Below, one piece after another: positions 9,122 through 17,571 of a DNA stretch of 27,107 bases (positions are counted from its first letter, which is position 1; each line of letters begins with the position of its first letter). Both the position numbers and the translations under genes were made by a program. Below the pieces are notes generated by a model. The model had not been told where the DNA came from and did not search any database. It was given only the letters and a program-made list of their open reading frames with translations. The DNA comes from a virus (lineage: Duplodnaviria; Caudoviricetes). The stretch lies in IMG/VR virus record IMGVR_UViG_3300031605_000700, positions 1 through 27,107 of that record; one strand, written 5' to 3'.

Positions 9122-9973
9122 TTACTTCCCTGCTAATTTACTGATAAGTCTATTTGAAGATTCGATTACTTCTTTGGATTCTCTAGTGTCTCTGCCTTCA
9201 GGTTCTGTTCCACCTGCTTCTGCATCGCTGGCACCAAACTCATCATCTGCTGGTGTTTCTAAATCATCTAATCCTAACTCATCATCGCCATCAGTGTTCA
9301 TTGTGTCGTCAGCACCCATTGTGTCTGTTGCAACTTCTTCGCCTGTAAGTACTCTTACACCGTTGTCTAGTTCTACTCTTGTTGCACCTAGTGTTGCTTC
9401 TGCTTGTTCTAATGCAGGTTTAACTTTTTGTAAGAAAGCATCTGATTTCTCTGCACCCATCTCGTCTCTGATTCTGTCTGCTAGTTCTAACATACTTTCT
9501 GTTTTCATTGTTGCTAAATCTTCTAGATAGCCTGTAACTTTGTCCATCATATCTTTAGCCGCAAGTATTAATTCTGATTGCTCTTCAACACCTTCTTGAA
9601 CTTCTTTAGTTACAACACTACCAATTAATTCTTTTTTATCTTTGTCTTGAATTCCTGGCATTTTACTAATTTTATCAACCATAGTTTGTGTATCAGGATC
9701 TTTTTTAATTTCACCTGCCGCACCATATTCTTTAATTTGTTGGTTAACAATGTCTAACATACTTTGGCTTTTTTGATAGTCATGATTTTTTAATTCTTGC
9801 CCAAAGTGTTCGTTTTGTGTAATTGCGTGGATTTTAGTTCTAATTTTATTTGCTGTATCTTCTAACTCTTCTCTAGTAAAAGTATTTAAATCCATAGTTT
9901 GATTAAATCTAGATTCAAATTCTGTTAATAAAGACTCAGTTGTGATAGGTTTTGTAAATTCTAAACTGTGCAT
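9122..9973 (-). CDS. Acidic helical late protein, possible prohead core/scaffold-type
   Basis: 283 aa, E/D-rich with an acidic low-complexity C-terminus; TAAATA-N5-ATG. Function is inferred. Confidence 0.7.
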   Translation of the reverse strand: MHSLEFTKPITTESLLTEFESRFNQTMDLNTFTREELEDTANKIRTKIHAITQNEHFGQELKNHDYQKSQSMLDIVNQQIKEYGAAGEIKKDPDTQTMVDKISKMPGIQDKDKKELIGSVVTKEVQEGVEEQSELILAAKDMMDKVTGYLEDLATMKTESMLELADRIRDEMGAEKSDAFLQKVKPALEQAEATLGATRVELDNGVRVLTGEEVATDTMGADDTMNTDGDDELGLDDLETPADDEFGASDAEAGGTEPEGRDTRESKEVIESSNRLISKLAGK

Positions 9974-9990
9974 ACTGTTATTTAGTCATT

Positions 9991-10503
9991 TTACTTAAAC
10001 GTAGATTGGAAAATATCTTGGATATATCCTTTATACTTGTCCGCTAGGTCGTGTGCAGATGCTAATTTAAACTCATATACTTCCTCTTGTGCTTCGTCGT
10101 CCATTTTACGAGCTTCTTTTATCATTCTTTTAGCATTAGTAATATTGAATAGCTGTGATGAGAAGTGTGTATCATAGGCTAATATTTGTTCTGGAGCATT
10201 TTTGCCATCTGCTAGGTTGTGTGCTATTAATATAGCAGATTGTTTTAGGTTAACGTCATCAAACAAGATTTTTGCGTTCATCATATCTGCTATGACATAT
10301 ACATATCTAGTACCAGTATGCTTCTTGGGTACTATTGCTATGTTGCCTATTAAGATACCTTTAGAGAACTGCTTGGGTAAGTGACGAAATGGTCTTCTTA
10401 TTTCTTCCTTGTGTACCAAGTCAGCAAGTTTATCCTTGAGGCCATAGGCTTCAATTTGTCTTACTAGTTCACTGAATGGTTTATGTTTATGTTTTTTTGT
10501 CAT
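9991..10503 (-). CDS. Hypothetical phage protein
   Basis: Long ORF; ATG 10503 preferred over TTG 10515; overlaps the upstream gene. Confidence 0.75.
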   Translation of the reverse strand: MTKKHKHKPFSELVRQIEAYGLKDKLADLVHKEEIRRPFRHLPKQFSKGILIGNIAIVPKKHTGTRYVYVIADMMNAKILFDDVNLKQSAILIAHNLADGKNAPEQILAYDTHFSSQLFNITNAKRMIKEARKMDDEAQEEVYEFKLASAHDLADKYKGYIQDIFQSTFK

Positions 10504-10726
10504 TATTATTAACAAATCTTATATGTCTATTTAAAGCATATTGAACATCGTTGTCAAGTTTTTTTCTTACGAAGATACTTTTAGCCGCTAATACTTTAGC
10601 TGTTTCAAGTTCGATTATGTCTAGGTCAGAGTTGCGAAATGACTTATAATTCTTATATTTGTTAATAAAAGCTAGTTGTTCGTTGGTAATATACACTTGA
10701 ACACCTGGTGCTATTTTTATATACAT
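10487..10726 (-). CDS. Hypothetical small phage protein
   Basis: 79-aa ORF in a tightly packed co-oriented run. Confidence 0.7.
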   Translation of the reverse strand: MYIKIAPGVQVYITNEQLAFINKYKNYKSFRNSDLDIIELETAKVLAAKSIFVRKKLDNDVQYALNRHIRFVNNNDKKT

Positions 10727-10743
10727 TTGTTGGTAATCTATTT

Positions 10744-11040
10744 TTAATTTAATTTTATTAGAAGAACTACCATGGTAGAAAGTAATCCTGCTATAACGGT
10801 ACCTGCCGCGGCTATAACTGTTTTGGAATTAGATTTGTGACCTGTTTTCATGTCGTCGTTAATTTTTCCTAAACGGTGTTCGATAGCAGATAGTCTATCA
10901 TGTAGACCTTTGTATCGTTCACTACACAAATCAACGTGTGCTTCTAGGTTTGTTTTTTCTAACTCAGTCGGCATATAGTTTAATTCTCTTTTTACATCGT
11001 CCAGATGTTTCTTTAGTGTTAGGTATTCTGCCTGTGTCAT
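10744..11040 (-). CDS. Small coiled-coil protein with C-terminal transmembrane helix
   Basis: LEAHVDLCSERYKGLHDRLSAIEHRL heptads followed by VIAAAGTVIAGLLSTMVVLLI; alternative start ATG 10974. Confidence 0.75.
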   Translation of the reverse strand: MTQAEYLTLKKHLDDVKRELNYMPTELEKTNLEAHVDLCSERYKGLHDRLSAIEHRLGKINDDMKTGHKSNSKTVIAAAGTVIAGLLSTMVVLLIKLN

Positions 11041-11083
11041 GCCTTAACTGCCTATGTTTGCCTATGTGAGCCTGTGTTGCCTT
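11029..11083 (-). repeat. Array of six AGGC units at about 10-bp period
   Basis: Plus-strand GCCT begins at 11030, 11041, 11050, 11060, 11070, 11079 (spacings 11, 9, 10, 10, 9). Confidence 0.85.
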
Positions 11084-11091
11084 AATCACTA

Positions 11092-11562
11092 TTATTTATT
11101 TAATTCGCCTGAATAAGAAAAGTACGTGTTTATTGTTTTAGGATCTGCTGTAATGAACGTATTTCTAGGGAAAGTAACAGTTTCTTTACAAAAATTTACA
11201 ATAGGAACAAGCTCAAAATCACCAGTAATATGTTCACAAGGATTTTTATCATCACCATATATACCTGCTTGTTCTGTAAAGAATTGGAAGTGCCATGTAT
11301 TTTGTTTCCCTTCATAAGCACTACCAAAGCCTAAATTGCCTAAGGTCTGATTAATTTTCTCAGGTGGGGTTTCCCAAGTAATGTTTGCCCTCATTTGTAG
11401 TAATTGTAATATTGTTGCAAAGTTTGAATTTTGATTTCGTGCTATGGCTAATGATTCTTTATCATGTATAACATCACCAGTAAGAGTTTTGAATGGAAAT
11501 GCTTGTTTTAAATTACCATTTTCAGTTATATCAATCAGGGTATGGATTCTGTACTCGTGCAT
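11092..11562 (-). CDS. Hypothetical phage protein
   Basis: 156-aa ORF (TLIDITE...NQNSNF..ILQLLQMRANI); TAAATA at 11578-11583. Confidence 0.8.
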   Translation of the reverse strand: MHEYRIHTLIDITENGNLKQAFPFKTLTGDVIHDKESLAIARNQNSNFATILQLLQMRANITWETPPEKINQTLGNLGFGSAYEGKQNTWHFQFFTEQAGIYGDDKNPCEHITGDFELVPIVNFCKETVTFPRNTFITADPKTINTYFSYSGELNK

Positions 11563-11587
11563 AAGTGCTGTCCTGAATATTTACTTA

Positions 11588-11624
11588 AAGAAAAAGGGCG
11601 AACAAAATAAATGCCCGCCCTTTT
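11588..11624 (-). terminator. Intrinsic terminator after the 114-aa gene
   Basis: Minus strand AAAAGGGCGGGCA-loop-TGTTCGCCCTTTTT followed by CTTT. Confidence 0.85.
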
Positions 11625-11658
11625 AAATGTTTTACTAAAAACTTATACCTAGTTGTTA

Positions 11659-12003
11659 TTATACAGCTATTGTTAAGTCTTTTGCTGTTACCGTTGCCGC
11701 TGAAACATCAACTGAATCGTGTGTTCCTAATGTTCTGATAAGAGCTTGTAATGTTGCAACAACAACAGAGTCAGAACCTTCAGTCATGAAAGTTTGTTCC
11801 GTGTTACCGTTACCTAGTGGTCCTGCCGCTAATATAGTACAAGTAGTTTGTATCATATTATATGCCGCTTGTTGAACACCGCTTGGTCCAGCTGAACCGT
11901 TTACCGCGTTGATATAATCAACTGTGAAAAATTGTACGTCTTTACCTACAACATTCGATGGTACCGTAGTCGCCGCTGGGTTTATTTTTGTTTGTCCTGC
12001 CAT
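11659..12003 (-). CDS. Small Ala/Thr/Gly/Val-rich probable abundant virion protein
   Basis: Strong RBS AAGGAGG, own TAAATA promoter, 5' hairpin and terminator; composition typical of structural proteins. Confidence 0.8.
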   Translation of the reverse strand: MAGQTKINPAATTVPSNVVGKDVQFFTVDYINAVNGSAGPSGVQQAAYNMIQTTCTILAAGPLGNGNTEQTFMTEGSDSVVVATLQALIRTLGTHDSVDVSAATVTAKDLTIAV

Positions 12004-12037
12004 TTTAAATCCTCCTTATTATCTGATTTAATGACTA

Positions 12038-12071
12038 TGACATCGCTCAGATGTCAAGTTGCAAGTATTTA
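12038..12071 (-). promoter_or_regulatory. Late promoter (TAAATA 12066-12071) and 5'-leader hairpin TGACATC-N5-GATGTCA (12038-12056)
   Basis: Perfect 7-bp inverted repeat between the promoter and the RBS. Confidence 0.7.
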
Positions 12072-12101
12072 GTAAATGGTTTGGTAAATTTAGTAGTTAT
12101 A

Positions 12102-12170
12102 TTACTTTTTTAGCCATATTTCGTCAGATCTGATGCGTTTTATGTATGTATAGCCTAGTTTCCTAAAAAT
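12102..12170 (-). pseudogene. Probable 3' relic of an FkbM-family methyltransferase gene
   Basis: Start-less frame IFRKLGYTYIKRIRSDEIWLKK* resembles FkbM C-termini (LGY...D.iw). Recognised by eye only. Confidence 0.45.
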
Positions 12171-12172
12171 TA

Positions 12173-13021
12173 TTATCTTTTGTTTTTTGCTCTGGCATGA
12201 ATTACTTGTAAAAGTTTTACAAAGGTGTAACCACCTTTAGCTATGTCATCAATCATTGTTATAATTGGTGCATAAGCAACCATAATAGGAGCCGGTACTG
12301 CCTTGCCTTGTTTAACCATATCAGCGGCAATTTTTGCTCTTCGAACGTTAGCGGCACCAACTAATAATCTATATGCCTGCATCTCGTTTGGAGAAAGTTC
12401 TGCACCAGGTACTGTTCTTTCTGCATCAACAACGTTATCTAATTCTAAATTACTTTTGTCAGCAAACGTTTGGGCTTGTCTTTGCAGGTCGGTCCCTGGC
12501 AGTTTAGCCTTTAGTGCTTGTAGTAATCTTGTAGCAGTAATTTTTTTTCGTCTGCCATCTAGAGAGATAAAGTCACTAATAGCACGTCTTAAATTTTTAT
12601 AATCAGGGTTCGTAATACCTAATCCTGACTCGAGTCGTGTTAAAAATCTATATTCGTCTTTAAAATCTTTAAGATATCTTTTTATAGAATTTACAGGAAC
12701 AGTTTGTCTTTGTCTTAATGCCATTGCCGCATTTTTGTTTGCTAATTTTTGAACAATTTCAGTGTTACCTGCAACTATGGCTAACATATTATGAAGATCA
12801 TTTGCTGTTCCACGTACTTTATCAAATGAACCATACGTTAATGTCTGTGCTGAATAGCTTTTTACAAAATTCTTTGTTTGTGAGAAGTTTTTTAATAATG
12901 TTAATGTAAGAAAGCTAAGATATATTCTTTCAGTAATCTCTTGAAATGTATATCGTTGTAAGTCACTTTGTCTTCGTACGACTCTGCCCTCAGCTACATA
13001 CTGTAAAAAGGATGTTTTCAT
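12173..13021 (-). CDS. Hypothetical basic helical late protein (possible internal head protein)
   Basis: Long ORF; start ATG 13021 chosen from TAAATA-N5-ATG; N-terminus MKTSFLQYVAE. Confidence 0.8.
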   Translation of the reverse strand: MKTSFLQYVAEGRVVRRQSDLQRYTFQEITERIYLSFLTLTLLKNFSQTKNFVKSYSAQTLTYGSFDKVRGTANDLHNMLAIVAGNTEIVQKLANKNAAMALRQRQTVPVNSIKRYLKDFKDEYRFLTRLESGLGITNPDYKNLRRAISDFISLDGRRKKITATRLLQALKAKLPGTDLQRQAQTFADKSNLELDNVVDAERTVPGAELSPNEMQAYRLLVGAANVRRAKIAADMVKQGKAVPAPIMVAYAPIITMIDDIAKGGYTFVKLLQVIHARAKNKR

Positions 13022-13039
13022 ATACATATTTATAGATAG

Positions 13040-14116
13040 ATGCAACGTAACTTTTTCTTAACTGATTTAATGAAGACTGGTAATCATCAGTCGTATGAAC
13101 AATTTTTAGATACACACTCTTTACGAGATCAACAAATAGACTATACCGGGGAGTATTATACTCTACATAATTACGATTTAGATGCATATGATAGGAGGTT
13201 TGCTTTTATTGACAGGACTGTTGCTAACAATAGAATATGTGCTAACCCAGAATACCAAAAAGAGTTATTGATAAGAGTAAAACTGTTGCATAGTCAAGGG
13301 TTTAAATTTATAATGGCATCTCCATGGGAATCGCAAGAAAATATTGAGACTGGTAATATATATCCAAATAATATAGAGGGGATAACGTCATTTAAATGGA
13401 CAGGTGGCATTAGTTGGTTTTGGTGGTATATGTATGATAAGCATTTAAACAATAAGTTTAAATTTACTCATGATCATTTTGGTAGCTATTTTTATAAAAA
13501 ATGTGATTTCTTATATTTGAATAAAGAACCAAGAGAACATAGAGTAAAATTATATAATAAACTAATTGAAGGTAATGTATTATCATCTAGTGTATATTCA
13601 TTTCTTGGATTAACTCCTCCTGTAAGATTATCAAAGGAATATGAACTACCTTGGGTTGATGCTAACAATTATCCCAAGTATGGGAAGGACCAAGACATTT
13701 ATGAACAACCATATGTTGATACAGTTTGTTCAATAGTTTCTGAAACTAACGATAATGATACAGATATATTCATGACTGAGAAAATATGGAAACCTATTAT
13801 AGCCCAACACATATTTGTAGTTCATGGCAATCATTTATATCTACAAAAATTAAGAGAAGTAGGGTTTAAAACATTTGGTTCTTACTTTGACGAATCGTAT
13901 GATTTAATAAGTGATCGAGATGAAAAAGTAGATGCTATTGTTTCGCTGTGTAAAAATTTAAAAACAGCTAATTGGCAAGATATATATCGTCAAACGATTG
14001 CATTGAGACAACACAATTATGATACTCTTTTTAATAAAGAAAAGTTAAGTGTGGAAGTTAATAAAACTTTAATTAGTTTTTTGGAATTTTTTGATAGCAG
14101 TCAAGTTTCTTCTTGA
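13040..14116 (+). CDS. Putative glycosyltransferase-like protein (GT-B/GT10-like C-terminal motif)
   Basis: FLYLNKEPREHR, SIVSETN...FMTEKIWKPI...FVVHG...GFKTF...FDESYD, resembling the ENS..YITEK fucosyltransferase motif. Confidence 0.6.
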   Translation: MQRNFFLTDLMKTGNHQSYEQFLDTHSLRDQQIDYTGEYYTLHNYDLDAYDRRFAFIDRTVANNRICANPEYQKELLIRVKLLHSQGFKFIMASPWESQENIETGNIYPNNIEGITSFKWTGGISWFWWYMYDKHLNNKFKFTHDHFGSYFYKKCDFLYLNKEPREHRVKLYNKLIEGNVLSSSVYSFLGLTPPVRLSKEYELPWVDANNYPKYGKDQDIYEQPYVDTVCSIVSETNDNDTDIFMTEKIWKPIIAQHIFVVHGNHLYLQKLREVGFKTFGSYFDESYDLISDRDEKVDAIVSLCKNLKTANWQDIYRQTIALRQHNYDTLFNKEKLSVEVNKTLISFLEFFDSSQVSS

Positions 14117-15289
14117 GAATCCTAATCTATCTACAAGTTTAACAGCATTACCAGTCTTGTCAACAGCAACAAATCCTTCAGGATCAGTAACTTCTAATCC
14201 GCTATCTGTTTGTGCAAACGATCCTATTGCCATTGCTTGATTCATTTTTTTAAGTACAAATGCTTTTAATAGTTGTACCGACTTATAAAAAGTTAGCATA
14301 GCTTGTAAAGGTTTTTTAATATTAGACATAAATTTTGGCATTTCTTTTATTTTATTTTGTCTTAAATCCAAAGCCTTTTGTGCTTTTAATCCTGCAATTT
14401 GTTGTTGCATTCTATCTAGATAAAACTTTTGAAAACCTTGCAAGAATTGATTTACGTTAGCTGGTAGTTGTCCTTGCTTAACCATTGCATTAATATACAT
14501 TTGGAAGTAACCAACAAAGTCATTGTTCTGTCCTAGTAGACTTGTCAAGTCACGTGGAACATTATTAAGTAGGGCTTCTAATTTTTCAATACCGTTCATA
14601 AATTTTTGTGTTTCTTCTGCTGTAAATTTAGCAGACCCTGATACATCTCTGTATGTTGCGTTATCAAAAAATACATCTACCGATGGTGTAAATGCTTTTA
14701 TATCTGCACCTGCTGTTGCTGTCATATCAGCAAAGGTTTCTCCATTGTATGTTGTATGAAATATAATTCCTAATTTAGCGGCATCAATTTGTTTGCCAAT
14801 ATCTGAATTTTCTGGAACAGCATACGTAATTTGATTTGGTGTGAATGTTATATGTGAAACATTATTAAAGTTTTTTCTAACAATATCTTCATCAGTATAC
14901 AATAAGTCTCCTTGTACTATTCCTTGAATGTTTAATTTTTTTAAGTGTACAAGACATTTTAAAAGTTTTTGTCCTAATACTTCGGTGCCATGATTGTTTG
15001 CTATGTCTTTTTTAGAGTAATTTATTTTTGCATTTTGAGCAAACACTGATTTAGTACCTACAAAGAATCTTCCTGTTTCAGGATGTATACCACATATAAC
15101 AGCAGGAGCACCATCCCATTTAACTGAGACAGACATAGCTTCTGATGAGGTACCTTGTAATGTTACTAATAGTCCACGGAAATAATCTATTACAGTCTTG
15201 CCGCCATTATAACCATCTGTTATAATAATGTCTTCTATATGTTCTAAGTGAGTCCTTTTAAATTCTAATAGGACATCTTCAATTAACAT
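14069..15289 (-). CDS. DUF6267-like protein with covalent nucleotidyltransferase (ligase-like) motifs
   Basis: THLEHIED, SVKWDGAPA (KxDG), QGDLLY, FTPNQITY, PEGFV, AVKLVDRLGFSRRN. Confidence 0.75.
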   Translation of the reverse strand: MLIEDVLLEFKRTHLEHIEDIIITDGYNGGKTVIDYFRGLLVTLQGTSSEAMSVSVKWDGAPAVICGIHPETGRFFVGTKSVFAQNAKINYSKKDIANNHGTEVLGQKLLKCLVHLKKLNIQGIVQGDLLYTDEDIVRKNFNNVSHITFTPNQITYAVPENSDIGKQIDAAKLGIIFHTTYNGETFADMTATAGADIKAFTPSVDVFFDNATYRDVSGSAKFTAEETQKFMNGIEKLEALLNNVPRDLTSLLGQNNDFVGYFQMYINAMVKQGQLPANVNQFLQGFQKFYLDRMQQQIAGLKAQKALDLRQNKIKEMPKFMSNIKKPLQAMLTFYKSVQLLKAFVLKKMNQAMAIGSFAQTDSGLEVTDPEGFVAVDKTGNAVKLVDRLGFSRRNLTAIKKFQKTN

Positions 15290-15291
15290 TA

Positions 15292-15591
15292 TTAGTCCTC
15301 TTTGTATTCGCCGTCTTTGATTTTAAGTACGTTGTCTTTGATGTGTTTGTTTTCTTTAATACGAGCAACGCCTTTTGAAAACTTAGATGCGTCCATATTT
15401 TTTATTGCTGACTGAAATCTTTTTTCTAATTTATATGCAGTTTCTGGTTCAAAGTTTTCTTTAATATATGTTAAAAGTCGTATTGCTGAATCTAAAATAT
15501 GAGATGCACGGCTTTCAACAACATTTTCCTTATCTTTACTAAAGGATATGTTGCTTAACTCTTCTAAAATAGATCGTGTTTTATTCTGCAT
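15292..15591 (-). CDS. Hypothetical phage protein
   Basis: 99-aa ORF with TAAATA-N5-ATG; 2 nt from the downstream gene. Confidence 0.8.
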   Translation of the reverse strand: MQNKTRSILEELSNISFSKDKENVVESRASHILDSAIRLLTYIKENFEPETAYKLEKRFQSAIKNMDASKFSKGVARIKENKHIKDNVLKIKDGEYKED

Positions 15592-15596
15592 ATTGG

Positions 15597-15617
15597 TATT
15601 TAAGCAATATTATAGCA
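15597..15617 (-). promoter_or_regulatory. Tandem extended -10 (TGCTATAAT) and late TAAATA promoter
   Basis: TGnTATAAT at 15617-15609; TAAATA at 15602-15597. Confidence 0.65.
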
Positions 15618-15640
15618 GAATTATATTAAAAGTCTATGGA

Positions 15641-16354
15641 TTAAAGTTGGATTTCAGCTACTTCTTTTGCATTAGCTAGAAACTCTCTAGATTTATCAGT
15701 TAGTCCGCCTATAATATTTAATATAGGTCTTGGTTCTAAACTTGCGTTTGCTGTACAGTGTGGAACGTGTTCCCAGGCAAATGTATGGAAATCACCTTTC
15801 TTCCATTTTGAATAAGTGTAATTGCCGTATTGATAAAAATGTCCAGGTACCCAATCTTTTAAAACAACCATTACTCTAATTAGGTTTTCTTTTTTAACTG
15901 TTTTAAGAGTGTCTAGTTTATCAATATGCCAGTTTAATAGTTCTCCTGGAAATTGAACGTGTATTTTTGATTTAGTTTCTTCCAAACAAAATAAGTTAAC
16001 CATCTTAGAAAGCATAGGACCAAACGAAGTAAGGTTTTTAATTCTAAACATCGGATGGTCAGGATCCATATTTGCTTTTTTCAAATCGTATTCTTCTTGT
16101 TCAACCATTGGAGAAGTATAGTAATCTGCGTTTGCACTAAATTGTCTAGTTCTCCATGATATTGCTTTAGCATCTTGAATTAGTGTGTCCACTTCATTGT
16201 CCCAATCACCTTTAAATTTACCTAGTCCGTGGATTGTGTCCCATCTAGGATCCATTATGTTAGAATCAAAGTGATAGTTGCTTGTAACTTTTGTAAACTC
16301 CCAGTTACTTTTAAAGTCTTCTGGGTTGGGTTTTTTAACTGCTGATGTTTCCAT
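15641..16354 (-). CDS. 2OG-Fe(II) oxygenase/cupin-fold protein
   Basis: PG..LNWHID (HxD), WKKGD, distal PHCTAN His and following Arg (EPRPIL). Confidence 0.8.
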   Translation of the reverse strand: METSAVKKPNPEDFKSNWEFTKVTSNYHFDSNIMDPRWDTIHGLGKFKGDWDNEVDTLIQDAKAISWRTRQFSANADYYTSPMVEQEEYDLKKANMDPDHPMFRIKNLTSFGPMLSKMVNLFCLEETKSKIHVQFPGELLNWHIDKLDTLKTVKKENLIRVMVVLKDWVPGHFYQYGNYTYSKWKKGDFHTFAWEHVPHCTANASLEPRPILNIIGGLTDKSREFLANAKEVAEIQL

Positions 16355-16368
16355 AGCAATATTTATTC

Positions 16369-16401
16369 AAAAAAAAAGGCCGAATATAAAATCCGGCCTT
16401 T
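16369..16401 (-). terminator. Intrinsic terminator after tctC
   Basis: AAAGGCCGGAT-TTTAT-ATTCGGCC followed by T9 on the minus strand. Confidence 0.9.
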
Positions 16402-16425
16402 AATTCGTTTTGCAATTTAAGGGTA

Positions 16426-17508
16426 TTATTTTGCAACCATGTCTTCTTTGTACTCTGTTTGAAAACCAAATGCTTCATTGTACCACCATATAACATCTTT
16501 CAATGCTTGTTCAGTAGTTTGTGCTTGAAGCTTTTTGAATGCAACTTTTACTTCATCACCAATTAGCCAGTTATAAACGCCCATAGTTTTGTTTATATTA
16601 GCTCTAGTTTCAGTGCCTTCTTTTACAGTTTCTCTTAATGAGTCTTGTAATTCTTTTGCGTTAGGATTGTTTGGTCCCACCCAAAGAATTTTTTGTAATA
16701 AGTCTCTGTAATTTTTAATTAATACATAAGAATTATAATAACGTCCAGATGGTAGATGTCCCCATCTAGCTTCGAATACATCATTAAATGTTCTATAGCC
16801 ATTTGGATCTGCATCTATCTTACCTGTTGTCATATTAAAAACGCCATGACTAAACCACAGTTCTGAATTTTCAATACTGTGCCATTTCCTTGCGTAGTTG
16901 GTTGGATTACCTCTTAACATATTAAGTTCGCCTCTCTTATATGCAATAGTCCTATCAGAGCCTTTCATTGCTCTAACTGTAATAAATTTGTCTTTATAAC
17001 ATTTTAGATATTGATCCATTGTTTTGTCGTCGCCACAGTACAATAATGTTAATGCCATTATGTCTGGTTCAACACCGGGATTGTAAGCGGCAATTACTTT
17101 GCCATTGCCATTATACCATTCGTCCCAATCAACGTCTGTTTTCCTCAAAACAATTATAGCCAAGTTTTGAGCACCGACAGGTGTGTATAGTCTTAAGTCA
17201 TAATCTACTGTTTCAAGTAAATGTGCCATTGCATTTCCACCATGTGTAAAAAGCATTGAGTCATCATTATTTTGTAGATTGTTGTGCCAGTAATTAACGC
17301 CTGGTATTTGTCTTGCACCTGGATGATATTTGAGTGCAACATCTTTTTTCAATACTTTTTTCCATTCTTGAAGCAGTGCTGTTGACCAAGCATTAACCGG
17401 CTTATGAGGAATAGTAATAGTATAGTCGGCCGCAGTTGCGATCGAGCTAGTTGCAAACAAAGAGAGCACCATGGTACAAATGACTAGTAGTGATTTTAGT
17501 TTATTCAT
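16426..17508 (-). CDS. tctC: Tripartite tricarboxylate transporter (Bug/TctC-like) periplasmic substrate-binding protein
   Basis: Signal peptide (MNKLKSLLVICTMVLSLFATSSIATAA); YTITIPHKP...L...V.LKYHPGA...G pattern; A..RGE; adjacent to tctA; GGAG RBS. Confidence 0.75.
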   Translation of the reverse strand: MNKLKSLLVICTMVLSLFATSSIATAADYTITIPHKPVNAWSTALLQEWKKVLKKDVALKYHPGARQIPGVNYWHNNLQNNDDSMLFTHGGNAMAHLLETVDYDLRLYTPVGAQNLAIIVLRKTDVDWDEWYNGNGKVIAAYNPGVEPDIMALTLLYCGDDKTMDQYLKCYKDKFITVRAMKGSDRTIAYKRGELNMLRGNPTNYARKWHSIENSELWFSHGVFNMTTGKIDADPNGYRTFNDVFEARWGHLPSGRYYNSYVLIKNYRDLLQKILWVGPNNPNAKELQDSLRETVKEGTETRANINKTMGVYNWLIGDEVKVAFKKLQAQTTEQALKDVIWWYNEAFGFQTEYKEDMVAK

Positions 17509-17571
17509 TTGTGTTTTTTCTCCATGTTTATATGATATTATTTGTTATGTCGATATTTACAATTATAAGAG

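Noticed and set aside
10744-11040. Holin call
   Set aside because: Single C-terminal TM helix and no endolysin or spanin nearby; insufficient support.
11029-11083. CRISPR mini-array reading of the AGGC repeats
   Set aside because: Units are 4-5 nt with 5-7 nt gaps, far below CRISPR repeat/spacer sizes; no cas genes.
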